This document shows positions 29,662-41,594 of a stretch of 64,000 bases of DNA, in pieces. The translations under genes were made by a program, and so were the position numbers. The notes under the pieces were generated by a model. The model saw only the letters and a program-made list of their open reading frames with translations. It made no database searches and was not told where the DNA came from. Source of the stretch: Macrostomum lignano (taxonomy: Eukaryota); assembly GCA_002269645.1 (NCBI GenBank), contig NIVC01000263.1:124001-188000 (forward strand). Reading direction: 5' to 3'. Within the stretch, counting starts at the first letter, position 1; each line of letters opens with the position of its first letter.

Positions 29662-29866
29662 ATGGAATCTGTAGGCGAGGCGAACGATGCAGCTGTGGTT
29701 GATAAAAATAACGCTGAAGATGAGGCTGCGCAGTCGGATGCTGGAGAGCGAGCGGCCGGCTCCAGGCGGCAGTCCGAGATGATCGGACAGTCGGAGTGGC
29801 GGAGCCGGGACGAGTTGGACTTCTCAAGTCAGGGCCTCACCATGGCACCGAGCTCTCTGTTCGCCA
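29662..29866 (+). CDS. MFHAS1: MFHAS1-like Roco protein exon 1
   Basis: Runs from ATG 29662 to donor A|GTGAGT. Ends with the first LRR-like [10 protein letters not shown]. Phase 1 matches exon 2. Confidence 0.75.
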
Positions 29867-29909
29867 GTGAGTTCGGGCTGCGGCAGGCTGGGGGAGAAGA
29901 GGTTTGGGG

Positions 29910-30490
29910 TGGGAGAGAGAAGTAGCTTGGGGATTGAGGAGAGAAGTAACTTGGGGATTGAGGAGAGAAGTAGCTTGGGGATTGAGGAGAGAAGTAGCTT
30001 GGGGATTGAAGAGAGAAATAGCTTGGGGATTGAAGAGAGAAGTAGCTTGGGGATTGAGGAGAGAAGTAGCTTGGGGATTGAAGAGAGAAATAGCTTGGGG
30101 ATTGAAGAGAGAAATAGCTTGGGGATTGAGGAGAGAAGTAGCTTGGGGATTGAGGAGAGAAGTAGCTTGGGGATTGAAGAGAGAAGTAGCTTGGGGATTG
30201 AAGAGAGAAGTAGCTTGGGGATTGAGGAGAGAAGTAGCTTGGGGATTGAAGAGAGAAATAGCTTGGGGATTGAAGAGAGAAATAGCTTGGGGATTGAGGA
30301 GAGAAGTAGCTTGGGGATTGAGGAGAGAAGTAGCTTGGGGATTGAAGAGAGAAGTAGCTTGGGGATTGAAGAGAGAAGTAGCTTGGGGATTGAGGAGAGA
30401 AGTAGCTTGGGGATTGAAGAGAGAAATAGCTTGGGGATTGAGGGATTGAGGGGATTGGGGATTGGGGATTGAGGAGAGAAGTAGCTTGGG
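29910..30490. repeat. 24-bp minisatellite (GAGGAGAGAAGTAGCTTGGGGATT), Roco intron 1
   Basis: Period 24. Confidence 0.95.
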
Positions 30491-30650
30491 GATGCGAGGT
30501 TAGGTTAGTAGTAGGTTAGGAAAGCAGAGAGAGGGAGAGAAAATGAGATGGGTAGGAGGGAGAGTTACTGGGGACTAACAACTCATGCACAGCTCATTAG
30601 GGCTGCTGAGAGTTCAACATCAGTTCGCACTGCGCTCCACCCCAAACCAG

Positions 30651-31280
30651 AGACGCACATCACTGTGCTGAACCTGAGCTCCAACAACATCCGCGGCCTG
30701 CCGCCTGAGATCAGCAACCTGACCCAGCTGAGGCACCTCGACCTCAGCCGCAACGGACTTCGCTGCGCTCATCCGAGGGACTTCACCAGCCTGCCAAAGG
30801 AGATGGAGACGATGGCCGAGCTGCGCGAGCTCCTGCTGTCCGAGTGCAGCCTGATGCACATCCCCCGGCCGTCTGGTCCATCGTCGGCTTGGAAAAACTC
30901 GACATCAGCCGGAACAAAGTCGGCGCCATCCCGTCGGACATCATGAAGCTGGAGCGGCTGGTTCACCTGAACGCCACGCAGACTGGGATCAAGACTCTGC
31001 CGGAGGAGATCGTCTGCTGCGACGCTCTGGAGAGCCTTCTGTTGTTCGGGAACCCCATCGACTCGCTGCCGGACAGCCTGCGGGAGCTGAACCGGCTGCA
31101 CACGCTGCACATCAACTATCGCGTGTTCGCGTCCGGGGTTGACGCTGAAACCGATGGCATGCTGCAGAGGCAGCAACTCACCTCCGAGCACATACCGTCC
31201 GTTGTGTTCCACATTCCCCAGCTGCTGGAGATGGACTTGGAAGCTTGCAAGGTGAACGCGTTGCCCAGGAGTCTGACCAG
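30651..31280 (+). CDS. MFHAS1: MFHAS1-like Roco protein exon 2 (LRRs; 1-nt deletion at C-run 30862-30866)
   Basis: LRRs: LNLSSNNI, LDLSRNGL, LDISRNKV, LNATQTGI, LLLFGNPI. Adding one C restores MHIPPAVWSIV. Acceptor ACCAG|, donor AG|GTGAGC. Confidence 0.88.
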
Positions 31281-31319
31281 GTGAGCTGGGAACGGGGCCG
31301 GTTCTGCGAGATCGACAAA

Positions 31320-32165
31320 AAAGTCACCCTGGAACAACCAACAGCCCACAGAATAAAGTCACTCTGGAACAATCAACAGTCCACAGAATAAAGTCACTCT
31401 GGAACAAACCGTAGCAGCCCACAGAATAAAGTCACTCTGGAACAATCAGCAGCAGCCCACAGAATAAAGTCACTCTGGAACAATCAGCAGCAGCCCACAG
31501 AATAAAGTCACTCTGGAACAATCAACAGTCCACAGAATAAAGTCACTCTGGAACAACCAGCAGCCCACAGAATAAAGTCACTCTGGAAAAAACCAGCAGC
31601 CCACAGAATAAAGTCACTCTGGAACAACCAGCAGCCCACAGAATAAAGTCACTCTGGAACAATCAGCAGCAGCCCACAGAATAAAGTCACTCTGGAACAA
31701 TCAGCAGCAGCCCACAGAATAAAGTCACTCTGGAACAATCAACAGTCCACAGAATAAAGTCACTCTGGAACAACCAGCAGCCCACAGAATAAAGTCACTC
31801 TGGAAAAAACCAGCAGCCCACAGAATAAAGTCACTCTGGAACAACCAGCAGCCCACAGAATAAAGTCACTCTGGAACAATCAACAGTCCACAGAATAAAG
31901 TCACTCTGGAAAAAACCAGCAGCCCACAGAATAAAGTCACTCTGGAAAAAACCAGCAGCCCACAGAATAAAGTCACTCTGGAAAAAACCAGCAGCCCACA
32001 GAATAAAGTCACTCTGGAACAACCAGCAGCCCACAGAATAAAGTCACTCTGGAACAAACCAGCAGCTGCCCACAGAGTAAAGTCACTCCGGAACCGCCAG
32101 CAGCCCACAGAGTAAAGTCACTCGGGAACCAGCAGCAGCGCACAGAGTAAAGTCACTCCGGAACC
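31320..32165. repeat. 33-36-bp minisatellite (CAGCCCACAGAATAAAGTCACTCTGGAACAA...), Roco intron 2
   Basis: Fills almost the entire intron. Confidence 0.95.
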
Positions 32166-32176
32166 AACACCCCCAG

Positions 32177-32723
32177 GTCGCTTGTTGAGCTGAACATCGC
32201 GGCGAATTATTTCCCAGCCTTTCCCGAGGCGGTCTGCTCTCTCCACCAGCTCACCCTACTCGATGTGTCCCGCAATGGCTTCAAGACGCTGCCGCCGGCG
32301 CTGAAGGATCTCCGAAGCCTCCGGGTGCTGCTGGCCCGGCACAACCAGCTCACCTTCGTGGACTCGCTGGCCGACCTCACCGAACTCAAACGCATCGATC
32401 TGGGCTTCAATTGCATCGCCAAACTGCCGGACAATATCGGACAGCTGACCAAACTCACCGCCCTCCTGCTGCCTGGCAACCGCTTGGATGCGTTGCCGAA
32501 GTCGCTGTGCAGCCTGGGTGATCAGCTTCAAACTCTGGACCTCACTGGGAACCGGTTGACTTCAATCCCGCCGGAGATGGCTGGCCTGGCCGGGCTGGAC
32601 CGAGCGCACCAGTTTAGCGGGCTGTTCAAGCGAGGCCTGTGGCTGCACAAGAATCCCATCGACAAGCCGCCGGCCAAGGTTTGGAACACCTGGGATCCCG
32701 CCAAGATTTGGGCGCACATGGAG
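32177..32723 (+). CDS. MFHAS1: MFHAS1-like Roco protein exon 3 (LRRs)
   Basis: Contains LNIAANYF, LDVSRNGF, LDLTGNRL and the pre-Roc GLWLHKNPIDKPP. Acceptor CCCCAG|, donor GAG|GTGAGT. Confidence 0.9.
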
Positions 32724-32854
32724 GTGAGTTGGTCAGATACTAATTGGCACCAATATTTATTGATAAATTAACGTTCCGCTGATGCTACTTGCAGTAGCTT
32801 TTGGTAGCGTCTGCGTACAGGTGAATATTATTCGAGAGGTCGACTACAGGGAGA

Positions 32855-33482
32855 GTGAGAAGTAGAGAGGAGACAGGTGATTAGTGAGAAGTAGAGGGGA
32901 GACAGGTGATTAGTGAGAAGTAGAGCGGAGACAGGTGATTAGTGAGAGGTAGAGGGGAGACAGGGGATTAGTGAGAAGTAGAGGGGAGACAGGTGATTAG
33001 TGAGAGGTAGAGGGGAGACAGGGGATTAGTGAGAATTAGAGGGGAGACAGGTGATTAGTGAGAGGTAGAGGGGAGACAGGTGATTAGTGAGAGGTAGAGG
33101 GGAGACAGGGGATTAGTGAGAATTAGAGGGGAGACAGGTGATTAGTGAGAGGTAGAGGGGAGACAGGTGATTAGTGAGAAGTAGAGGGGAGACAGGTGAT
33201 TAGTGAGAGGTAGAGGGGAGACAGGTGATTAGTGAGAGGTAGAGGGGAGACAGGGGATTAGTGAGAATTAGAGGGGAGACAGGTGATTAGTGAGAGGTAG
33301 AGGGGAGACAGGTGATTAGTGAGAAGTAGAGGGGAGACAGGTGATTAGTGAGAGGTAGAGGGGAGACAGGTGATTAGTGAGAGGTAGAGGGGAGACAGGG
33401 GATTAGTGAGAATTAGAGGGGAGACAGGTGATTAGTGAGAGGTAGAGGGGAGACAGGGGATTAGTGAGAATTAGAGGGGAGA
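32855..33482. repeat. 29-bp minisatellite (GTAGAGGGGAGACAGGTGATTAGTGAGAG), Roco intron 3
   Basis: Period 29 (32891, 32920). Confidence 0.95.
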
Positions 33483-33612
33483 GAGGAGAATGATGGAGGC
33501 AGACAGAAGGGGCTGAATGGACGGTGACTTGAGGAGAAGTACATGAAGGACTTGCTGAACCCCAGGACGCACCAGCTCCAAGCCTTCACACTGAACCCCT
33601 CTGTCCCCGCAG

Positions 33613-34791
33613 CGCATGGCCATCCAGAACGCCCCAAAGCTTCGCCCCTGCAAGCTGGTGTTCCTTGGTGACCTGGGCAGCGGCAAGACCTCCCTGGCCC
33701 GCCTTCTCCGTCTCGGACACGCGGCACCGACAAAGTCGGACGGGTCAGGGCTGACCCGCGGCTTCCAGCTGAGCTCCTGGCGCTCCGAGAACCGCTGCCC
33801 GTTCGTGCTGCTGGAGGCCGGCGGTCACCCGATCTACGCGCCTCTGCTGGCGAAGCTGCTGGACCCGAAGGCGCTTCACTGCGTTGTCTTCGACATCGCC
33901 GAGTATCAGCAGATCGGGTTCGATGTGGTCAGCCGGTGGCTGCGGCTGCTGGCCGCCCACCTGCCCGGAGCTCGGGTGCAACTGATCGGCACTAAGTTGG
34001 ATACCATCTCCATGGCAACGGAAACCTCCGCGAACGAGATTCTGGCCGAAGTCTCCGAAGTCGAGGCGGCTCTGGCTGCGGAGTCGACGGCCGAGGCCGC
34101 GGTGCAGCGCCTTCGGGACAGCCTGGACGAGGATCTGGCGCGCTGCCTCGAGCAGCTTCGAGCGGACTCGAATCCCGAGCTGCGGCTTCAGCCCCGGATC
34201 CACCTGGTGTCGGCGGTGGGCCCGCCGGCTCAGCCGGACCTTCTGACACTTCGCGACGATCTGGAGCGGCTGAGCACCAACAGGGAGGCCATGCCGCACC
34301 TGCAGAAGTACGTGCCCACCAACTGGCAGCCCTTCATGGAGCAGGTGAAGCAGCAGGACGGGCTTTACATCGAATGGGATTGGTTGGTCGAGTTCGCCGA
34401 CCAGCGGAACATCCGGGATGCTCAGCTGATCGACTGTCTGGAGTTCTACCACGAGAGCGGCCAGCTGCTGTGGCTGCGGCGGCACCGGCGCCTGAGGAAC
34501 TTCGTGCTCCACCGGCCAGACAAGCTGGCCGACTTTCTCGGCCGCCTGCTGCCGGTCAGCCTGGCCGACTTTCTTGTCGACTACAACGAGAACGCCCTGT
34601 TCCGCGCCTGCGGCCGGATGTCCGCCGCCGAGTACGAGGAGGCTCGCGAGGCGGCCTTGAGCCGCGGCCAGCTGTCCTGGCCGCTGGTGCGCTGCCTCGC
34701 CTTCGGCCGTGGTGGTCAGCGGCAGGCGCTGGTCGAGGCGCTGCACTGCCTGGAGCTGCTGGAGCTCGCCTGCTGCACCATGCCGCCTCAG
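33613..34791 (+). CDS. MFHAS1: MFHAS1-like Roco protein exon 4 (Roc GTPase and COR)
   Basis: KLVFLGDLGSGKTSL (P-loop), LTRGF, LIGTKLD (G4), LVSA (G5) and COR-like YVPTNW...LEFYHESGQLLW. Acceptor CCGCAG|, donor CAG|GTGGGC. Confidence 0.92.
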
Positions 34792-34834
34792 GTGGGCGGC
34801 GTTGGGGAGATTTATTTCCATTTTGGAGGTTGGG

Positions 34835-35385
34835 GAGTTTTATCCCAATGACACAAATGAAGAAGTTCATCCCAAATGATACTCATGGGAATTTTTTCCC
34901 AAACGATGCTAATGGGGAATTTTATCCCAAATGATACTAATGGGGAATTTTATCCCAAATGACACTAATGGGGAATTTGATCCCAAATGACACTAATGGG
35001 GAATGTTATCCCAAATGATACGAAATGGGAATTTTATCCCAACCGACACTAATGGGGAATTTTATTCCAATGACACTAAGAGGAAATTTTGTCCAAAATG
35101 ATACACATGAGTAATTTTATCCCAATCACACTAATGGAGAATTTTATCCCACATGACACTAATGGGAAATTTTATCCCAACGACACTAAGGGGGAATTAT
35201 ATGCCAAATGATACTAAAAGGGGAACTTTATCCCAAATAACACTGATGGGGAACTTTATCCCAAATAACACTGATGGGGAACTTTATCCCAAATAACACT
35301 GATGGGGAACTTTATCCCAAATGACAGTAAAGGGGAACTTTATCCCAATGACACTGATGGGAAGTTTATCCCAAATGACACCGAG
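34835..35385. repeat. ~30-bp minisatellite (GGGGAATTTTATCCCAAATGACACTAAT), Roco intron 4
   Basis: Degenerate array, seen directly. Confidence 0.9.
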
Positions 35386-35459
35386 TTTCATCCTTACAGT
35401 CTCAGGAATTAATATCCCAGAAGGCAAGTAGTCACCTCTCACCTCTGCCGCTCTCTCAG

Positions 35460-35939
35460 GTGCCCCAGCCGGGTCTGCACAGCCGCCCAGTGCTCACCGT
35501 GCCGCACCTGATGCCGGAGCCCCTGCCGGACTCCGAGGACGACTTCGCCGCCACCTGGCGCTCCGTCTCGGCCGGCTGTCCGCAGACCGGCCGGGCCAGC
35601 CTGCGCGCCTGTCCGGCTGGACGCCCGGCGCCTCCGGCGCTGTTCGCCTGCCTGTCGGCCGCGATCCATTCGGCCATCAGCTGGAGAATCGACTGGCGGC
35701 AGAGCCGGCTGATCTGCGAGCTGGACCACTGCCTGCTGGCCGCCGTGGAGGTGGACGGAGACGAGGCCGACCTGAGCAGCGGCCTGGACTTCGAGTTGGC
35801 CTCGCAGAGCGCCGTCAAGCTGCAGTCGGGATTCGACTGGCTGGCCGACTATGTCGATGGTGTCCGCGAGTTCGCGCCCGGAATTGAGTGGCGATTTGAG
35901 AGCAGCGGAGCTGGCGCCACCGAGTCTGGGGCTTCTTGA
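35460..35939 (+). CDS. MFHAS1: MFHAS1-like Roco protein exon 5 (COR C-terminal part, stop)
   Basis: Acceptor CTCTCAG|, phase 0. Reads VPHLMPEPLP...FAPGIEWRFE...*. Total about 1013 aa with no kinase domain; MFHAS1 orthology is inferred from architecture. Confidence 0.8.
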   Translation: MPQPGLHSRPVLTVPHLMPEPLPDSEDDFAATWRSVSAGCPQTGRASLRACPAGRPAPPALFACLSAAIHSAISWRIDWRQSRLICELDHCLLAAVEVDGDEADLSSGLDFELASQSAVKLQSGFDWLADYVDGVREFAPGIEWRFESSGAGATESGAS

Positions 35940-36119
35940 ATCAACATTTAGCATTCACTGGATGCGGTGCGATATTGGCTGCTGTATTGAAAGTTCCTGA
36001 TGACCTTTTTACAGTTTTACCTTGAATTTTTTTCTAATACATGTGTATTGTTCTGTTGACTTGCTCACTGTAATTGAGATTTCGTGCGATGATGCTACCG
36101 ATGTGCCTCGCTTTTCATT

Positions 36120-36950
36120 GTCTCTCCCACTCTCCCTTCCTCTCTCCCTCTCTCCCTTTCTCTCTCCCTCTCTCCCTTCCTCTCTCCCTCTCTCCCTTTC
36201 TCTCTCCCACTCTCTCCCTTTCTCTCTCCCACTCTCTCTTCCTCTCTCCCTCTCTCCCTTTCTCTCTCCCACTCTCTCCCTTTCTCTCTCCCACTCTCTC
36301 TTCCTCTCTCCCTCTCTCCCTTTCTCTCTCCCTCTCTCCCTTTCTCTCTCCCACTCTCTCTTCCTCTCTCCCTCTCTCCCTTTCTCTCTCCCTCTCTCCC
36401 TTTCTCTCTCCCACTCTCTCCCTTTCTCTCTCCCACTCTCTCTTCCTCTCTCCCTCTCTCCCTTTCTCTCTCCCTCTCTCCCTTTCTCTCTCCCACTCTC
36501 TCTTCCTCTCTAACTTTCTCTTCCTCTCTCCCTCTCTCCCTTCCTCTCTCCCTCTCTCCCTTTCTCTCTCCCACTCTCTCCCTTTCTCTCTCCCTCTCTC
36601 CCTTTCTCTCTCCCACTCTCTCCCTTTCTCTCTCCCACTCTCTCTTCCTCTCTAACTTTCTCTCCCTCTCTCCCTTCCTCTCTCCCTCTCTCCCTTTCTC
36701 TCTCCCACTCTCTCCCTTTCTCTCTAACTCTCTCCCTTCCTCTCTAACTCTCTCACTCTCTCCCTTCCTCTCTCCCTCTCTCCTTTCCTCTCTCCCTCCT
36801 CTCTCCCTCTCTCTCTTCCTCTCTCACTCTCTCTCTTCCTCTCTCACTCTCTCCTTTCCTCTCTCCCTCTCCCCCTTCATCTCTTCCTCTCTCCCTTCCT
36901 CTGTCCCTCCCTCCCCTCCCTCCCCTCTCTTCCCTCTCTCCACTTTCGCC
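36120..36950. repeat. CT-rich low-complexity repeat
   Basis: Seen directly in the sequence. Confidence 0.92.
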
Positions 36951-37372
36951 ATTCTCGCTCTCCTCTTGCTGCCCACAGCGCATTCCACAGAAGAACAAAG
37001 AGAATGTAAAACACCAAACGTCACAATTTCATAAAAAAAGCAGAAAATCCGGTTAGCGTCAGCGGCAATGCTGGTCTGTCTGAGCATCAGATCGGATTTC
37101 AGGAGCTCCCACCGCTCTGCTCCAGCTGTCTTCTGTTTGCCCGTCTGGTTTCAACAGCAAGCAAATCCTCAGTCAGTACCGCTGCTTCTGCAAAGAGAGA
37201 CTCGTATTAAACAACTTGTTCTAATCAAAACATATTGAGTACACAATGCCGCTGCTGTAATGGATCTGCACCGGCTTCCCCCCGCTTAGATTGTTATCGC
37301 ATCTCTGCTCCCCACCGACCACTTTGATCAAATAGTGGAGAGCCGTGGAATCCTCACCCTCTGCTTCTCCTG

Positions 37373-38215
37373 CTGATCCCTGATCCCTGATCCCCGACCC
37401 CTGATCCCTGATCCCTGATCCCTGATCCCTGATCCCTGATCCCCGATCCCTAATCCCCGACCCCTGATCCCTGATCCCTGATCCCCGATCCCTGATCCCT
37501 GATCCCCGATCCCTGATCCCAGATCCCTGATCCTTGATCCCTGATCCCTGATCCCTGATCCCCGATCCCCATCCCCGATCCCCGATCCCCGATCCCTGAT
37601 CCCTGATCCCCCGATCCCTGATCCCCGATTCCCGATCCCTGATCCCCGATTCCCGATCCCAGATCCCTGATCCCCGATCCCTGATCCTTAATCCTGATCC
37701 CCGATCCCTGATCCCCGATCCCTGATCCTCGATCCCTGATCCCTGATCCCTGATCCCTGATCCCCGATCCCTGATCCCTGATCCCCCGATCCCTGATCCC
37801 CGATCCCCGATCCCTGATCCCCGATCCCTGGCCCCAGATCCCTGATCCCCGATCCCTGATCCCCGATCCCTGATCCCCGATCCCTGATCCCCGATCCCTG
37901 ATCCCCGATCCCTGATCCCCGATCCCTGATCCCCGATCCCTGATCCCCGATCCCTGATCCCCGATCCCTGATCCCCGATCTCTGATCCCCGATCCCTGAT
38001 CCCCGATCCCTGATCCCCGATCCCTGATCCCCGATCCCTGATCCCCGATCCCTGATCCCCGATCCCTGATCCCCGATCCCTGATCCCCGATCCCTGATCC
38101 CCGATCCCTGATCCCCGATCCCTGATCCCCGATCCCTGATCCCCGATCCCTGATCCCCGATCCCTGATCCCTGATCCTAGATCCCTGATCCCTAATTCCT
38201 AATCCCTAATCTTGT
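37373..38215. repeat. 7-bp repeat GATCCCT/GATCCCC (14-bp higher-order unit)
   Basis: Seen directly in the sequence. Confidence 0.95.
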
Positions 38216-38544
38216 AGCACTAATCCCTAATCCTGGGACACTGTAGCAAGTACAATCTACAGAATAAGAAGGTCACCAGGGCATCATTACACTATCTATT
38301 TAAATTTCCCATAAGCTTCTAAGCAAAGTTTGACAACTGCAAACCCGCTTATGCCCCAGTTCGTAAACAACACAGCCGCCAGGTCACACCATATGGCAGA
38401 AATTCATTCAGTTTTTTTGCATCGCAAATAATGCATTAACACCTGGTTATCGCACCTGTTTGGGATATTTTGTCGAATTTGACTACAAAAATGACTGAGG
38501 TTCGGGTTTACCGGACAAATTTTAAGGTCAAGAATGCTGCAGAG

Positions 38545-40652
38545 GGTGGCAGGGAGATGCAGAGGGAGGCAGGGAGATGCAGAGGGAAGCAGGGATATGC
38601 AGAGAGAGACAGGGAGATGCAGAGGGAGGCAGGGAGGTGCAGAGGAAGGCAAAGAGATGCAGAGGGGGGCAGGGAGGTGCAGAGGGAGGCAGGGAGATGG
38701 AGGGAGGCAGGGAGATGCAGAGGGAGGCAGGGAGATGCAGAGGGAGGCAGCGAGATGAAGAGGGAGGCAGAGAGATGCAGAGGGAGGCAGGGAGATGCAG
38801 AGGGAGGCAAAGAGATGCAGAGGGAGGCAGGGAGATGGAGGGAGGCAGGGAGAGATGCAGAGGGAGGCAGGGAGGTGCAGAGGGAGGCAGGGAGGTGCAG
38901 AGGGAGGCAGGGAGGTGCAGAGGGAGGCAGGGAGGTGCAGAGGGAGGCAGGGAGGTGCAGAGGGAGGCAGGGAGATGCAGAGGGAGGCAGCGAGATGAAG
39001 AGGGAGGCAGAGAGATGCAGAGGGAGGCAGGGAGGTGCAGAGGAAGGCAGCGAGATGAAGAGGGAGGCAGGGAGATGCAGAGGGAGGCAAAGAGATGCAG
39101 AGGGAGGCAGGGAGATGGAGGGAGGCAGGGAGAGATGCAGAGGGAGGTAGGGAGGTGCAGAGGGAGGCAGGGAGGTGCAGAGGGAGGCAGGGAGGTGCAG
39201 AGGGAGGCAGCGAGATGAAGAGGGAGGCAGAGAGATGCAGAGGGAGGCAGGGAGGTGCAGAGGAAGGCAGCGAGATGAAGAGGGAGGCAGGGAGATGCAG
39301 AGGGAGGCAAAGAGATGCAGAGGGAGGCAGGGAGAGATGCAGAGGGAGGTAGGGAGGTGCAGAGGGAGGCAGGGAGGTGCAGAGGGAGGCAGGGAGGTGC
39401 AGAGGGAGGCAGGGAGGTGCAGAGGGAGGCAGGGAGATGCAGAGGGAGGCAGCGAGATGAAGAGGGAGGCAGAGAGATGCAGAGGGAGGCAGGGAGGTGC
39501 AGAGGAAGGCAGCGAGATGAAGAGGGAGGCAGGGAGATGCAGAGGGAGGCAAAGAGATGCAGAGGGAGGCAGGGAGATGGAGGGAGGCAGGGAGAGATGC
39601 AGAGGGAGGTAGGGAGGTGCAGAGGGAGGCAGGGAGGTGCAGAGGGAGGCAGGGAGGTGCAGAGGGAGGCAGGGAGATGGAGGGAGGCAGGGAGAGATGC
39701 AGAGGGAGGTAGGGAGGTGCAGAGGGAGGCAGGGAGGTGCAGAGGGAGGCAGGGAGATGGAGGGAGGCAGGGAGAGATGCAGAGGGAGGTAGGGAGGTGC
39801 AGAGGGAGGCAGGGAGGTGCAGAGGGAGGCAGCGAGATGAAGAGGGAGGCAGAGAGATGCAGAGGGAGGCAGGGAGGTGCAGAGGAAGGCAGCGAGATGA
39901 AGAGGGAGGCAGGGAGATGCAGAGGGAGGCAAAGAGATGCAGAGGGAGGCAGGGAGATGGAGGGAGGCAGGGAGAGATGCAGAGGGAGGTAGGGAGGTGC
40001 AGAGGGAGGCAGGGAGGTGCAGAGGGAGGCAGGGAGGTGCAGAGGGAGGCAGCGAGATGAAGAGGGAGGCAGAGAGATGCAGAGGGAGGCAGGGAGGTGC
40101 AGAGGAAGGCAGGGAGATGCAGAGGGAGGCAAAGAGATGCAGAGGGAGGCAGGGAGATGGAGGGAGGCAGGGAGAGATGCAGAGGGAGGTAGGGAGATGC
40201 AGAGGGAGGCAAAGAGATGCAGAGGGAGGCAGGGAGATGGAGGGAGGCAGGGAGAGATGCAGAGGGAGGCAGGGAGATGCAGAGGGAGGCAAAGAGATGC
40301 AGAGGGAGGTAGGGAGGTGCAGAGGGAGGCAGGGAGGTGCAGAGGGAGGCAAAGAGATGCAGAGGGAGGTAGGGAGGTGCAGAGGGAGGCAGGGAGGTGC
40401 AGAGGGAGGCAAAGAGATGCAGAGGGAGGTAGGGAGGTGCAGAGGGAGGCAGGGAGGTGCAGAGGGAGGCAAAGAGATGCAGAGGGAGGCAGGGAGATGG
40501 AGGGAGGCAGGGAGAGATGCAGAGGGAGGTAGGGAGGTGCAGAGGGAGGCAGGGAGGTGCAGAGGGAGGCAGGGAGGTGCAGAGGGAGGCAGGGAGGTGC
40601 AGAGGGAGGCAGGGAGGTGCAGAGGGAGGCAGGGAGGTGCAGAGGGAGGCAG
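38545..40652. repeat. 20-bp purine-rich minisatellite (GCAGAGGGAGGCAGGGAGAT/GT)
   Basis: About 2.1 kb; source of the spurious 600-740 aa ORFs. Confidence 0.96.
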
Positions 40653-41029
40653 GTGCAACAGAGGCACAGGGAAGTCAGAACGGAATTGCCTACCCAGTCA
40701 ACCACCTTGTGAAATATGCGCGCAGAGTTCAGCAGAAAATCGAATGAAATCAAGAAGCAGAAAAATACAGGGTGAGATTTCAGCCAAGTGATACCGGAGG
40801 CGAATCTGAATAGATGAGGCGTCTCCCCATCTCAAATTGGCGGGCATCATCGAATCTTCATCAGCCAGCAGCCTCTTGTCCTCGCTGGAAGTCGTTGACC
40901 CCAAATTGCAGTTTCGCTTTATCTTCATGCCGTCGGCGAGGGGATCAAACCAATTTTTCCCTGGGTGAAAATCTGGGCTGACTAATTAAATTCTCAGGGG
41001 GGGGGGCTTCGGCTCAGGATAATTGCAGG

Positions 41030-41117
41030 CCGAAATTATTAGTCCGGTTGAACAAGGACTCGAACCCGGGTCCTCTCGGTCTCAAGAACGATGCGATAGC
41101 GCACCAAGCACGTAAGG
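41030..41117 (-). mobile_element. Degenerate tRNA-derived SINE head
   Basis: Minus strand reads GACCCGGGTTCGAGTCC (B box) followed by ACTAATAATTTCGGCCTGCAATT. This resembles the SINE at 2010 (GACCCAGGCTCGATTCC...ACTAATTTGGGGCTGAATT). Confidence 0.45.
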
Positions 41118-41594
41118 TATTTAAAAGCTGGCCTATAAACACAGAGGAAATGCACTTTCAAAATCTCTTAACTAATTATTTCTACAACACAGGAGTTATG
41201 CTTTATTTATAACCTGAAACAATTTTAGCTAACAGCAAACAAATTAGTACACAATGCACTTCATCACGAGATTTACACGGTAAGCGGTGAAGTAAAAAAC
41301 CAATATTATAAAACAAAAAAGTAACAAATTTTACTAATATCAAAAGAGAATTTAAAAAACAGCTGGTCATTTCTTGGCAAAGAAACTTAAAAAATTGCCT
41401 GAGAAATTCTGCTTTTATAGAAAATGTTTATGAGTAAATAATTATACACAAAATTTGTGTTTTAAATATTAAGACAAAAATTGTTAAAGATTGCTTTTAA
41501 AAAACAGACAAAATACCTGAACAAAACTGATGTTTAATTACATTTTTTAAGTTCTTTTTACACAGACTTAAACAGTGCCTGTGCCATCCTAAGA

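Noticed and set aside
37060-37187. Exon-like minus-strand segments with good acceptors (also about 40700-40960)
   Set aside because: Short frames with no partner exons, and the neprilysin-like CDS already terminates at 42541.
37373-38215. Interstitial telomere
   Set aside because: The unit is 7-bp GATCCCY; CCCTAA appears only in a few terminal variants.
38404-40791. 600-740 aa ORFs (also 48092-49936, 50630-51570, 57129-58061, 12891-14222, 41497-42364)
   Set aside because: All are translations of tandem repeats, open in several frames on both strands.
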